A stretch of DNA of 64,000 bases from positions 9,977 to 73,976 of the forward strand of contig JAYRWD010000026.1 of assembly GCA_041918255.1 (NCBI GenBank), read 5' to 3'. Source of the stretch: Candidatus Dojkabacteria bacterium. Its GTDB lineage: Bacteria > Patescibacteriota > Dojkabacteria > B142 > WJKM01. The position numbers were made by a program, and so were the translations under genes. Shown here piece after piece: positions 31,066-39,950 of this stretch (the stretch's first letter is position 1; every line of letters starts with the position of its first letter). A model generated the notes under the pieces. It saw nothing but the letters and a program-made list of their open reading frames with translations, was not told where the DNA came from and ran no database searches.

Positions 31066-31896
31066 ATGATGGATACAAATTTTCTTCGTAGTGCTAAAAC
31101 AATCTTAATTATTTTATGTGTTACTGGAACTGTCTACTTTGTTTCGCAGACCGGATATGTAAAGGCGGAGGGGGAAATATTAGATATCAAATGTGCTAGG
31201 GAAAGGATCCTAAATCCCACCGGTTGTTATGCAAGTGGCGAGAAAGATAGTCCAACAAGCAGTTTTAGTTTTTCGGGTACCGAGGAGAAAGGAGAGTTGG
31301 GGGGTTGTAAGGATCAAGAAAACAGCGAAAAATTTATGTGCGAATTAAATAAATTTTGCACTGGCTCTGGAGAGGAAAAAGATCAAACCTTTGGAAAAGA
31401 CGGATTAAATTACTCGGGGACCACTTTGCGATTCACTCAGGCCAACCTACCCAAGCTGATTAGAATGGCGCTCACAATCATTTTTTCCCTATTAGGCATC
31501 ACTGCACTCTTTATGGCTATTTACGGAATAATGAAATGGTTCTATGCCGTTCGCGGAGGTGGGGACGTTTCAAAGATGACAACATACTTTATGAATGGAA
31601 TATGGGGAGTATTTTTCGCGGCAGGAAGCATAGGCTTTACATATATGTTGTTTTGGGTTTTCGGGTATCGGGATAATATATTTGATTTCGGTGCTGTCTT
31701 TGATGAATTATATAGCGTAGATTGCGAAGCGGTTGTTAGCGAAAACGGAGATCCGGTAGACCCTACGCAAGTGCAAGCATTATGTGATAAATATAACCTT
31801 TCGTGTATGTATGTTCCGGGCAAATGTGTAGAGAGAGTGGCAGATTTCGATAGCTGTACTTCTAAGCCAAAAACAAGCAATATGAGGGTTACATAA
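31066..31896 (+). CDS. Pilin-topology paralog with a Cys-containing N-ectodomain and a Cys-rich C-tail.
   Basis: A 276-aa product with a signal peptide. Its TM hairpin is MALTIIFSLLGITALFMAIYGI / IWGVFFAAGSIGFTYMLFWVF. A Cys-rich tail follows. Confidence 0.55.
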   Translation: MMDTNFLRSAKTILIILCVTGTVYFVSQTGYVKAEGEILDIKCARERILNPTGCYASGEKDSPTSSFSFSGTEEKGELGGCKDQENSEKFMCELNKFCTGSGEEKDQTFGKDGLNYSGTTLRFTQANLPKLIRMALTIIFSLLGITALFMAIYGIMKWFYAVRGGGDVSKMTTYFMNGIWGVFFAAGSIGFTYMLFWVFGYRDNIFDFGAVFDELYSVDCEAVVSENGDPVDPTQVQALCDKYNLSCMYVPGKCVERVADFDSCTSKPKTSNMRVT

Positions 31897-31935
31897 GATA
31901 AGCCTATCCAGAACGTCTATAAATGTTACGCCAAT

Positions 31936-32688
31936 ATGGGTATGAAAAATAAAATATATTTATCATTCGCAACGCTCCTCACACTGTTTTCCTTTGCTAC
32001 GAGGGTAGCAGCTCAGGTTAATATTGATGTCCCAGACGGAAAAACCAAAATTGAGATAGATTATTTCAAACCATCGGCCTTTACAGATTTGATGAAGTTT
32101 GGGGCTTTAGGATTTGTGGGATATATCGCCATTTTCCTTGTTGGCTTTATGTTTATATATATCACCGTCCAAATAGCCATTTCCGCGGGCAAAATTATTC
32201 AAAGCCAAGGAGATTCTGGCAAACTCGAGGAAGGAGTTTCCGAAATCCAAAAATTTATGCGAGGGGTTTTGATAGCAATGTTATTTTTATTGGCATTTGT
32301 GGCGGTTGGAATCTTTATGGGAAGCGGAAATATTATGAAGTGGCCTTCTAAACTCGGACAATGTGGCGGGGGCGGGGTTTTGTTTAACGCAGAATATGAC
32401 GCCTCCCTGAAGAATGAAAAGATCTATGAGAAGGAAACGCAAGTACTATGTTGTAGAAATTTTGAAAGTTTGGACTTTGGGGACGAAAATACCGTCTTGG
32501 TTTCTCCAGTAGGGGGTATTAGAGGATTTAGCAAGGATGGACCTTCAGCAGGAAATCCATTCGCTATAGTCGTGGGAACCGAAACGGACGGAGGCTGGAT
32601 GTTTATCCTACCATCTGCAACAGGAGAATCTAGAGATTTACAATCGACCCAATCTGACCAAGAGAAATATGTTTGTTCGATTTATTAA
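31936..32688 (+). CDS. Pilin-topology paralog
   Basis: A 250-aa product with a signal peptide (…ATRVAAQ). Its TM hairpin is FGALGFVGYIAIFLVGFMFIYITV / VLIAMLFLLAFVAVGIFMG. A C-tail with CGGGG and CC follows. Confidence 0.55.
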   Translation: MGMKNKIYLSFATLLTLFSFATRVAAQVNIDVPDGKTKIEIDYFKPSAFTDLMKFGALGFVGYIAIFLVGFMFIYITVQIAISAGKIIQSQGDSGKLEEGVSEIQKFMRGVLIAMLFLLAFVAVGIFMGSGNIMKWPSKLGQCGGGGVLFNAEYDASLKNEKIYEKETQVLCCRNFESLDFGDENTVLVSPVGGIRGFSKDGPSAGNPFAIVVGTETDGGWMFILPSATGESRDLQSTQSDQEKYVCSIY

Positions 32689-32721
32689 GATTGCAACCTG
32701 AGGAGTTTCTTTGTATTATAT

Positions 32722-33387
32722 TTGAGAAAGCTAAAAATAATTAATATTATTTTAAAAAATATGAAGCAATTTAAAACATTGGCAAAAGTTGGTTTGGGTT
32801 TAGCTCTATCTTTGGCATCAACATATACAGTTGTAGCCGCTCAGTGTGGAGGTTGGTTGCCAGAATTCCTACAGGGGTTTGTGTGCGAGGATCCAGTAAA
32901 CAATTTAACAAACAGGGTGAAAGTGTTTTTCGTACTAGCTTTCGGAGCAGTAATACTAATGGGAGTTGTGTATACAATTTCGGCTGCGTTGAAGTTCATG
33001 CGAAGTAAGGGTGAAAGCGGAGAGATTGAAAATAGCCAAAAAGCAGTCACGGCGATTTTCTACGGAGTTGCTTCGCTTTTTGTTGGAGTGATTGGTATGG
33101 TTGTGGTCACACTATTCTTTTCTCCCACGGTTATTTTCCCTCAGCAAATTTGTATACAAGCCCCGGATAGCTACGGCTGTTTTGCCTGTCGTAATCCTAA
33201 GAAGGGTTCAAATGTTTCTTTCGTAGATATTTGTAATGCATGTAACGATGTGTCCGAGGCACCACTAAGTGATATTAGTGGAAATGTGACGTGTGCTGAT
33301 GATGTTCCCGCGAATATCTCCGATGATGATATAGTTCTAAAGCTTGATGAGGTAAAAACGGTTGGAACGAAAAAAGTTGGGGTCTAG
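32722..33387 (+). CDS. Pilin-topology paralog
   Basis: A 221-aa product with a signal peptide (…VVAAQ) followed by CGGW...C. Its TM hairpin is VFFVLAFGAVILMGVVYTI / AIFYGVASLFVGVIGMVVVTLFF. A Cys-rich tail follows. Confidence 0.55.
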   Translation: MRKLKIINIILKNMKQFKTLAKVGLGLALSLASTYTVVAAQCGGWLPEFLQGFVCEDPVNNLTNRVKVFFVLAFGAVILMGVVYTISAALKFMRSKGESGEIENSQKAVTAIFYGVASLFVGVIGMVVVTLFFSPTVIFPQQICIQAPDSYGCFACRNPKKGSNVSFVDICNACNDVSEAPLSDISGNVTCADDVPANISDDDIVLKLDEVKTVGTKKVGV

Positions 33388-33586
33388 ATTGGAACAGGAT
33401 TATTCAAATCCGCTTTCTTCAAACTGAATAAAAATTGACTTTATGCGATACCCGAAAAAGGCAACAAATGTGTGTCACACTGAGTTCATCGAGGTGCGAC
33501 ACTATCATATTTTTACCCCTCGACGTGCTTCTGCCAGAGGCAGACAGACAGGGTGACATAATAAATGTAGTTTCGTATAAAGTCTA

Positions 33587-34540
33587 ATGAAGTATAAATT
33601 GCTTTCTTTGTTTGCCATTGCTCTGACTGTTAGCACGGTTTTTTTCACCACGCCAGGAATCGCTCTGGTTAGTGCGCAAAGTCAAGAGGAAGTAAATCCG
33701 CTTTTCGATCTCAGTTCAACCGATCCAATCTATATAAATCTCAATTACGACTGTACAAATATTAAGTGGTCGGAAGGTGCGATAGGGATTTATAGAAAAG
33801 TCTATAAGTCCGGGGACAAATATTATGAAGCCAATCCTCGAATAAACGAAATCCAGCAATATCTAAATGGCAAGCCCTATGCCGAGACCTACTTTCTTTT
33901 TGAAGGCGAAACGGGATTGAGTTTAGAAGAGAGTTCTATTAACAAAAATGATTTCAATGCCACGCCATTCAACGAAATAAAGAGGATTGCTCCCTCGCCT
34001 TTTATTATTCCTAGTGATAATCCAGAGCCTATTTTGAAAGAATACGTTGGCATGCCCCTGTGTGATGGTGCCTATTCCTTTAGTGGAAACGATTTTCTTG
34101 CTCCAAATCAAAAGATGAGAGCAAGTCTCGATAATCAGAACGAAAGTTTCGGAGAGCCAAAAAGTTTTGTCCCAGCAAATTTCGTACCCCCTGTATTGCA
34201 GCAAGCGGAAAATTACTTCGTGGAGATAATATACATTTTTTGGAGTATTATTGGACTAGCAGCAGTTGGGCAGTTATTTGTCATAGGTTTGAAAATCCTG
34301 ACATCAAGCTTTAGCCCGGAGCAAAAAGGAGCTACGTTACGCTCGGTAGCATTATGGGTGGTCGGACTGGCATTGGCCATAGTGGCTATTCCACTTTTGC
34401 AATTTATTTTTAGAATTTTGGACATACAAGACACTAGATGCTTCAAATATACTGAGAATAATGAATTAGTTTACGATCTGACCGTTCCGGGTTTCACGTT
34501 CTTCTTTAATGATACATGTACGTCCGAGGAGAGCTTGTAG
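33587..34540 (+). CDS. Pilin-topology paralog with a roughly 170-aa ectodomain.
   Basis: A 317-aa product with a signal peptide (…LVSAQSQ). Its C-terminal hairpin is FVEIIYIFWSIIGLAAVGQLFVIGL / LRSVALWVVGLALAIVAIPLLQFIF. Confidence 0.55.
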   Translation: MKYKLLSLFAIALTVSTVFFTTPGIALVSAQSQEEVNPLFDLSSTDPIYINLNYDCTNIKWSEGAIGIYRKVYKSGDKYYEANPRINEIQQYLNGKPYAETYFLFEGETGLSLEESSINKNDFNATPFNEIKRIAPSPFIIPSDNPEPILKEYVGMPLCDGAYSFSGNDFLAPNQKMRASLDNQNESFGEPKSFVPANFVPPVLQQAENYFVEIIYIFWSIIGLAAVGQLFVIGLKILTSSFSPEQKGATLRSVALWVVGLALAIVAIPLLQFIFRILDIQDTRCFKYTENNELVYDLTVPGFTFFFNDTCTSEESL

Positions 34541-34608
34541 CGAACCTGTCCTTGCCAGAACTTCCCTAAATCCGTGATAATGTGTTTCACTAAATAACCC
34601 AAATTATT

Positions 34609-35769
34609 ATGTTCAAATTCATACATACAGCCGATCTTCACCTTGGGGCGAAGGCAGGATGGCTAGGTACTCGAGCAACAAGCCATAGAAAATTATTATT
34701 AGATACCTTTGCCCAAATTTGTGACGAGACGCGAAATAGGGGGGCAAACGCATTAGTTATAGCAGGGGATCTTTTTGATACCCCATATCCAAGTACTAAT
34801 ACCATAAATTATGTGCAATCTCGTTTAGAGGCATTAGCAAGGGGGGGCACAATGGTTTTAATTGTGGCAGGCAATCACGATCGCTATATTGATTCTTCGG
34901 TATATTCCAAACTGAAATTCTCAAATCCTCTCATCCATGTTTTCTCTCCAGAAAAAGTTGAGGTAATTGAGTCAACGAATTTTGCGGTTAGGTTTTTTTC
35001 GCAGAGTATAGCTCAAAGATTCTCAACATCCTCAACCCTTGGGCGACTCATAGATGCTCGCAAGAATGGTAGGATGGACGGCGGAGGTTTTACAGATATT
35101 GCGATTGTTCACGGATCAGTAGAATTAGGATCGAATACGACCAACCACGGGATATCAAAGGAGGAAATTACAAATTCTGGTTTCGCATATATAGCACTTG
35201 GCGATTGGCACGGATTATTGGAAGTATCAAACAAAGCAACAAAAGCTTGGTATCCAGGCTCACCTCAACCATTGGCTTTTGATCAGAAAATGTTTGGTCA
35301 TGTTCTGGAAATATCGGTCGAGCCCGGTGTAAATGAAAGAGTAGAAGTTATGCCAATTAAGATTTCTGAGTTATTTACACAGGAAGTTACATTTGATTGT
35401 TCAAAACAGGATAACCACCAAGGAGGCGGACAATCTTTATATGAACGTATAGACAGGACTATTACCGGACTATCAAATAAGAATTTGTTACTTGAAATGA
35501 AATTAAGTGGCATCATAAAGCCAGAAATGCCAATTAATTTAGGGGAGATATTGGAGGCCGATACGGATAAATTTTATTTATTACGAATCATAAATCTAAC
35601 GAAGATAGGTTTAACACAGGAAGAGATAGAAGCTATACCCGAGACTACGGTTTCTGGAAGACTAATCAGAATTGCTAAACACAGACTTGAGATCGAAAAA
35701 GACGAGAATGTACGCAAAATTATTGAGCAAGCCTTAGTGGAGGGATTACAAAAATTAAGCGAATTGTAG
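34609..35769 (+). CDS. SbcD/Mre11-family metallophosphoesterase, YhaO(SbcF)-like
   Basis: Calcineurin-like motifs IHTADLHLG, AGDLFD and AGNHDR. It is 386 aa and lies directly upstream of the SMC-like ATPase. Confidence 0.75.
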   Translation: MFKFIHTADLHLGAKAGWLGTRATSHRKLLLDTFAQICDETRNRGANALVIAGDLFDTPYPSTNTINYVQSRLEALARGGTMVLIVAGNHDRYIDSSVYSKLKFSNPLIHVFSPEKVEVIESTNFAVRFFSQSIAQRFSTSSTLGRLIDARKNGRMDGGGFTDIAIVHGSVELGSNTTNHGISKEEITNSGFAYIALGDWHGLLEVSNKATKAWYPGSPQPLAFDQKMFGHVLEISVEPGVNERVEVMPIKISELFTQEVTFDCSKQDNHQGGGQSLYERIDRTITGLSNKNLLLEMKLSGIIKPEMPINLGEILEADTDKFYLLRIINLTKIGLTQEEIEAIPETTVSGRLIRIAKHRLEIEKDENVRKIIEQALVEGLQKLSEL

Positions 35770-35855
35770 AGGATTTTTAGCGCGCCCGAAAACGCAAGCA
35801 TAACGTAACGATTATAATTTTTTATACTTTTTTGCAACACGTTGAAAAATAAATA

Positions 35856-37967
35856 ATGATCATAAAAAGTCTTCGAATAAACAACTTCAGACTCTTTCAG
35901 GATAGACAACTTTTTTTCTCTAGTGGTCTGAATATTGTGATTGGACCAAATGAAGCCGGAAAATCCACGCTTGTTTCTGCTCTGAAACACGCTCTGTATA
36001 CGGATCCTGTATCTAAATCAAAAATGATAGCAGCGGATATATCTGGATGGGACGAAGGGGATTCGCGTAAGGCGGAAATTGAAATAGAATTTGAAGCCGA
36101 AGGGATAAATTACGTATTTGAAAAGAACTTTCTGGGTAAAGAGACATTCTTAAAAGCTAAGAATGAAAATAGATGGCAATATAAAGGTAAAGAAGCGCTT
36201 GAAAAAATTGTTGAAATTTATGGCATACCCAATGTTGAAATGTTTGAAACTTCGGCCTCACTAAACCATGAAGATCTAGAAAAAGTACGAAAAAGTACAA
36301 CATTTGTAGCAGCGCTTCAGAATGCGTCTACCCAAGGAAGTAGGGATGGAAGAATCCAAGACATTTTGAGGCAGATCGATTTAGAGATTCAAAATCTTCG
36401 ACGTGGTATGGTTGCGCTGGCAAAAAATCCCGGGTTAATCCGAAGCGCTATGGATGATTTAAAGCGGTTAGAAATTGAAAAGGAGGAGAAAGGTGTAAGG
36501 TGGAAAGAACAGCAGGGTTTAATAGAAAAATACAAACAACTTGTAACAAGGAAGGATGAGCTTGAAGTAAAAGAAAAAGAGCTAGCCCGGATCATAGATG
36601 TAAGCGAAACCTATTACCGGAAGCAAAAGGAATATAACGAGATCAATACACAAAGGACTGAATTGGAGGAGAGAATCGAGAAAATCGAAGAGATTGAAGG
36701 AGAGTATAAAAAAATAGCGAATGAGTTGTTAGCGTTTGAATCGGAGAAACGTCAGAGCTACCTTGAAACTCAAAAGATATTAACAGAATATGAAAAAGAA
36801 ATTGATAGCTTAAATAATTCCGTTGCGGTTCTAAAGGGAAAGAAAAGGGAAACCATACTTAAAAAAGCAAAGGAGCAGCAGCTTTTTTTGAAAGGATTGG
36901 GTATTACTCTCGGGCTTGTCGGAATAGTTGCATCAGTGAAATATTGGGAATTCATATTTTTAGGATTGGGAGGAGTAGTTATGTTTCTACTTGCGGTCAA
37001 AATTCAAAAAATTTACGAAAAGTTTTTGCGTGTAAATGAGGATAGTCAGATAGAAGGTCTGAGGGAGCAGATTTTGCAGGAGAATACTAAGATAGAAATG
37101 GCACTATCGAAAATAGATATGGTTACGATTCAAGAATTGGATCACACAATACACGAATATGAAAAAAAATTGGTTAGGAAAGAAGAAAAGGGAAATGCTC
37201 TGATAAGCCTACTTGGAAATGAGAATCTTGAAAAACTGAAACAAAAAAAGAGTATCTTGGCGCAAGAGGCAGAGGGCATAAGGGCGGTATACCTAACGGA
37301 GGAAATCAAAATGGGTGTTTTAGACACTAGAGCCTTATCAGTTGATAGGGGTAATTATGTACAGGTGAGAAGAGAGCTTGAAGATGTGAGGGCGGATATA
37401 GCAAGACTTGAAGGAAGATTGGGAGTGGAGCAAATCTCGTTAGAAGAAATATCGGAAACAGAAGATCGGTATGATTTAGCAAAAGAGAAGTATAAAAACA
37501 GCAAAAATAAATTGGCAGTACTTACGTTGCTAAGCGATATGCTAGGCGAAGCTACGCAGGACACAACGGTGTTGGTGGCTCATGCGGTACGGGAAATCGT
37601 CGAAAAATATATAAAAGTAATTACAGAAGGAAAATATACTAGGGCAAGGTTGGATCGAGAATTAGAATTAGAAGTTTATTCTCCAGAAAAAAATGACTGG
37701 ATAAATCCCATGAAGTATCTGTCGTCGGGGGCGTGCGATCAGATTTTTTTCTTGGTACGGTATGGTTATTTCAAGCTTCTGTCTAGCGGGAAGCGGCCCT
37801 TTTTGGTATTAGATGATGCGTTTTTAGCGTTTGATAGTATTCGGATGAAGAGTGCTATGGAGCTTCTCAAAGTTTTAGCTGAGGAAAATCAAATAATTTA
37901 TTTAACCCATCGAAAGAATCTAGCTAAATACGGAGATACGCTGTACCTGTGCGAATGGTATAGATAA
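35856..37967 (+). CDS. SbcC/Rad50-like SMC-family ATPase with a central transmembrane hairpin, YhaN(SbcE)-like
   Basis: N-terminal Walker A IGPNEAGKST. There are long coiled coils. A mid-protein hydrophobic pair, GITLGLVGIVASVKYWEFIFLGLGGVVMFLLAV, takes the place of a CxxC zinc hook. The C-terminus carries the signature LSSGACDQ, Walker B LVLDDAFLAFD and the H-loop YLTHR. Confidence 0.7.
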   Translation: MIIKSLRINNFRLFQDRQLFFSSGLNIVIGPNEAGKSTLVSALKHALYTDPVSKSKMIAADISGWDEGDSRKAEIEIEFEAEGINYVFEKNFLGKETFLKAKNENRWQYKGKEALEKIVEIYGIPNVEMFETSASLNHEDLEKVRKSTTFVAALQNASTQGSRDGRIQDILRQIDLEIQNLRRGMVALAKNPGLIRSAMDDLKRLEIEKEEKGVRWKEQQGLIEKYKQLVTRKDELEVKEKELARIIDVSETYYRKQKEYNEINTQRTELEERIEKIEEIEGEYKKIANELLAFESEKRQSYLETQKILTEYEKEIDSLNNSVAVLKGKKRETILKKAKEQQLFLKGLGITLGLVGIVASVKYWEFIFLGLGGVVMFLLAVKIQKIYEKFLRVNEDSQIEGLREQILQENTKIEMALSKIDMVTIQELDHTIHEYEKKLVRKEEKGNALISLLGNENLEKLKQKKSILAQEAEGIRAVYLTEEIKMGVLDTRALSVDRGNYVQVRRELEDVRADIARLEGRLGVEQISLEEISETEDRYDLAKEKYKNSKNKLAVLTLLSDMLGEATQDTTVLVAHAVREIVEKYIKVITEGKYTRARLDRELELEVYSPEKNDWINPMKYLSSGACDQIFFLVRYGYFKLLSSGKRPFLVLDDAFLAFDSIRMKSAMELLKVLAEENQIIYLTHRKNLAKYGDTLYLCEWYR

Positions 37968-38137
37968 TTGTACGTGCACTTATGTTAGTAGGCTTTAGTC
38001 TTTTGTATATAAGCACAGAACAAGAAAATTATTTTGAGACCCAACAAACCTATGAGTAGATCAAAGCTCTTGATTGGAGGATTGCGGAATATATAGGCTG
38101 CTTTTGGTATACTGGAAGCGAATAATATAAGACTTAA

Positions 38138-39883
38138 TTGCCCGTGATTTTGAAAAAGATCAAGTATCAAAGGTTTACGATTTCAATTCTCCTTTTGAGT
38201 ATTTTTTTTGCGATTTCGACCATTCCAACTAATGCTCGCACCATTTCTGAAATTGAGTCGGAAATAAAACAGAAACAACAAGAACTTACTGAAGTTAATA
38301 CGACAATTGCCGAACTAGAAGAGAATATTATTAAGCAAAAAGCTGAGATGGAAAATGTTGTCGGAAGGCGTAATACCCTGAGGGCAGAATTAGCATTGAA
38401 CGCAAACCAAAAAAGTCTGATAGAGGAAGAGCTGCGCGACTTAAACAAGAACGAGATCTTAACAAAATTAGAGCAAGAAAAGAGAATTCTGACGCAGGAC
38501 CGATTAGTTTCTGAGGCATATGTGACATGGAGACAAATGAATACTTTTCGGATTTTGCTTCAGACCAATTCGGAAGATATTGTCAAAATTTCGACATATC
38601 AGAACTCCGTTTCTGAGCGCGAACAGAAAAATATTGAGCAACTCGAAACAGAGTTAGAAGCAATACAAAAAGAGTTGAACGAAAATGAAATTAAAAAGGC
38701 ACAATATCAGGCCGAAATTGATAAAATTGACGCGCAAGTCAAGGTAACAGAAAGATTATTGGCAGAGCTAGATTCAAAAATTTTAGCTAATCAAAACGAC
38801 GTTGCGAATTATCGAGGTAGATTAGGATCTATTCAATCCGCGATCGACGAATTGACGGCGGAGCAGAAAAGAATATTAGAGGCCGAATCTGTATTTTTGG
38901 GTAAGGTCAGCAATGGGGGCACAAAGACTATTAAACAAGGACAAATCTATTTTCAGGGTATTGGAAGGGAGGCCTATCAGGGACATGGTGTAGGCATGTC
39001 TCAGTTCGGAGCTTTGGGTGCGGCACTGGCCGGATGGGATGCGGAGAAAATAGTTGAATTTTATTATCCTGGTGCGGAGGTTGAGACGTATGGAAAAGGC
39101 AAAAAAATAAGTGTAGAAGGATATGGAAGTATGGATATTGAAGATTATGTAGCGGGAGCTGGTGAGGTACCCGACCATTCTTGTGAAGAATTAGATTTAA
39201 AATTTGACTCAAAGAATGTGTGGCAATGTTGGCCAGAAGAAGCCATAAAAGCTCAGGCAATAGCTTTCCGAACATACGGGATTCATAGCACAATCAGCGG
39301 AGGTACCATATGTACTTCGGCTAAATGTCAGGTATATAAAGGTGGGACGAATAAAAAATGGGCGGCCGAGGCCACAGAGGGTAGAGTTATCATGTATGAT
39401 AATGAACCAATAGCAGCTTTTTATAGCTCTGACAATCATAATGGATGGGGGAATGGAAATAATGATACTGTGTGGAGCAGTATGTCCGGTGTAGGAGAAC
39501 CAAAAAAATATTTGCGTGCAGTAAATGACAAAAAGATTGCTTTTCATTATACCTATACGGATTGGGGATGGAGAACAAACGGATATTCAATTTCAGATGT
39601 TGATAAAATGTTAACTTGGAGTGTGAATTCAGAAAAATCTACGAGTGGTTACAAAGAATTTTTAAAAACAATAAAAACAAAAGTAGGGACTCTAAAGGGC
39701 ATGGATTTTGAGAGGGATCCCTCTGGAAGGGTGAAAAGAGTCAAATTGATTGGGGAAAAGGGAGGTGAGTATATAGCTGGATGGCTTTTCAAATCTGCTT
39801 GGAATATATGGGTAGGGAATGAAATGCCCAGTGGGGAAAAGGATTTCATTTATAGCCTGACATATTACATGCGAGTTGGATAA
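38138..39883 (+). CDS. Secreted coiled-coil protein with a C-terminal SpoIID/LytB-like peptidoglycan hydrolase domain.
   Basis: A signal peptide, then about 230 aa of heptad-rich coiled coil, then the SpoIID-type motifs GHGVGMSQFGALGAA and AFYSSDNHNGWGN. Confidence 0.6.
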   Translation: MPVILKKIKYQRFTISILLLSIFFAISTIPTNARTISEIESEIKQKQQELTEVNTTIAELEENIIKQKAEMENVVGRRNTLRAELALNANQKSLIEEELRDLNKNEILTKLEQEKRILTQDRLVSEAYVTWRQMNTFRILLQTNSEDIVKISTYQNSVSEREQKNIEQLETELEAIQKELNENEIKKAQYQAEIDKIDAQVKVTERLLAELDSKILANQNDVANYRGRLGSIQSAIDELTAEQKRILEAESVFLGKVSNGGTKTIKQGQIYFQGIGREAYQGHGVGMSQFGALGAALAGWDAEKIVEFYYPGAEVETYGKGKKISVEGYGSMDIEDYVAGAGEVPDHSCEELDLKFDSKNVWQCWPEEAIKAQAIAFRTYGIHSTISGGTICTSAKCQVYKGGTNKKWAAEATEGRVIMYDNEPIAAFYSSDNHNGWGNGNNDTVWSSMSGVGEPKKYLRAVNDKKIAFHYTYTDWGWRTNGYSISDVDKMLTWSVNSEKSTSGYKEFLKTIKTKVGTLKGMDFERDPSGRVKRVKLIGEKGGEYIAGWLFKSAWNIWVGNEMPSGEKDFIYSLTYYMRVG

Positions 39884-39950
39884 TTGAAGAAGCACGACTT
39901 CGAAGTCACTTGCCAAGTTTGTAAAAAGATAGTAATTTAGGTATATAACA

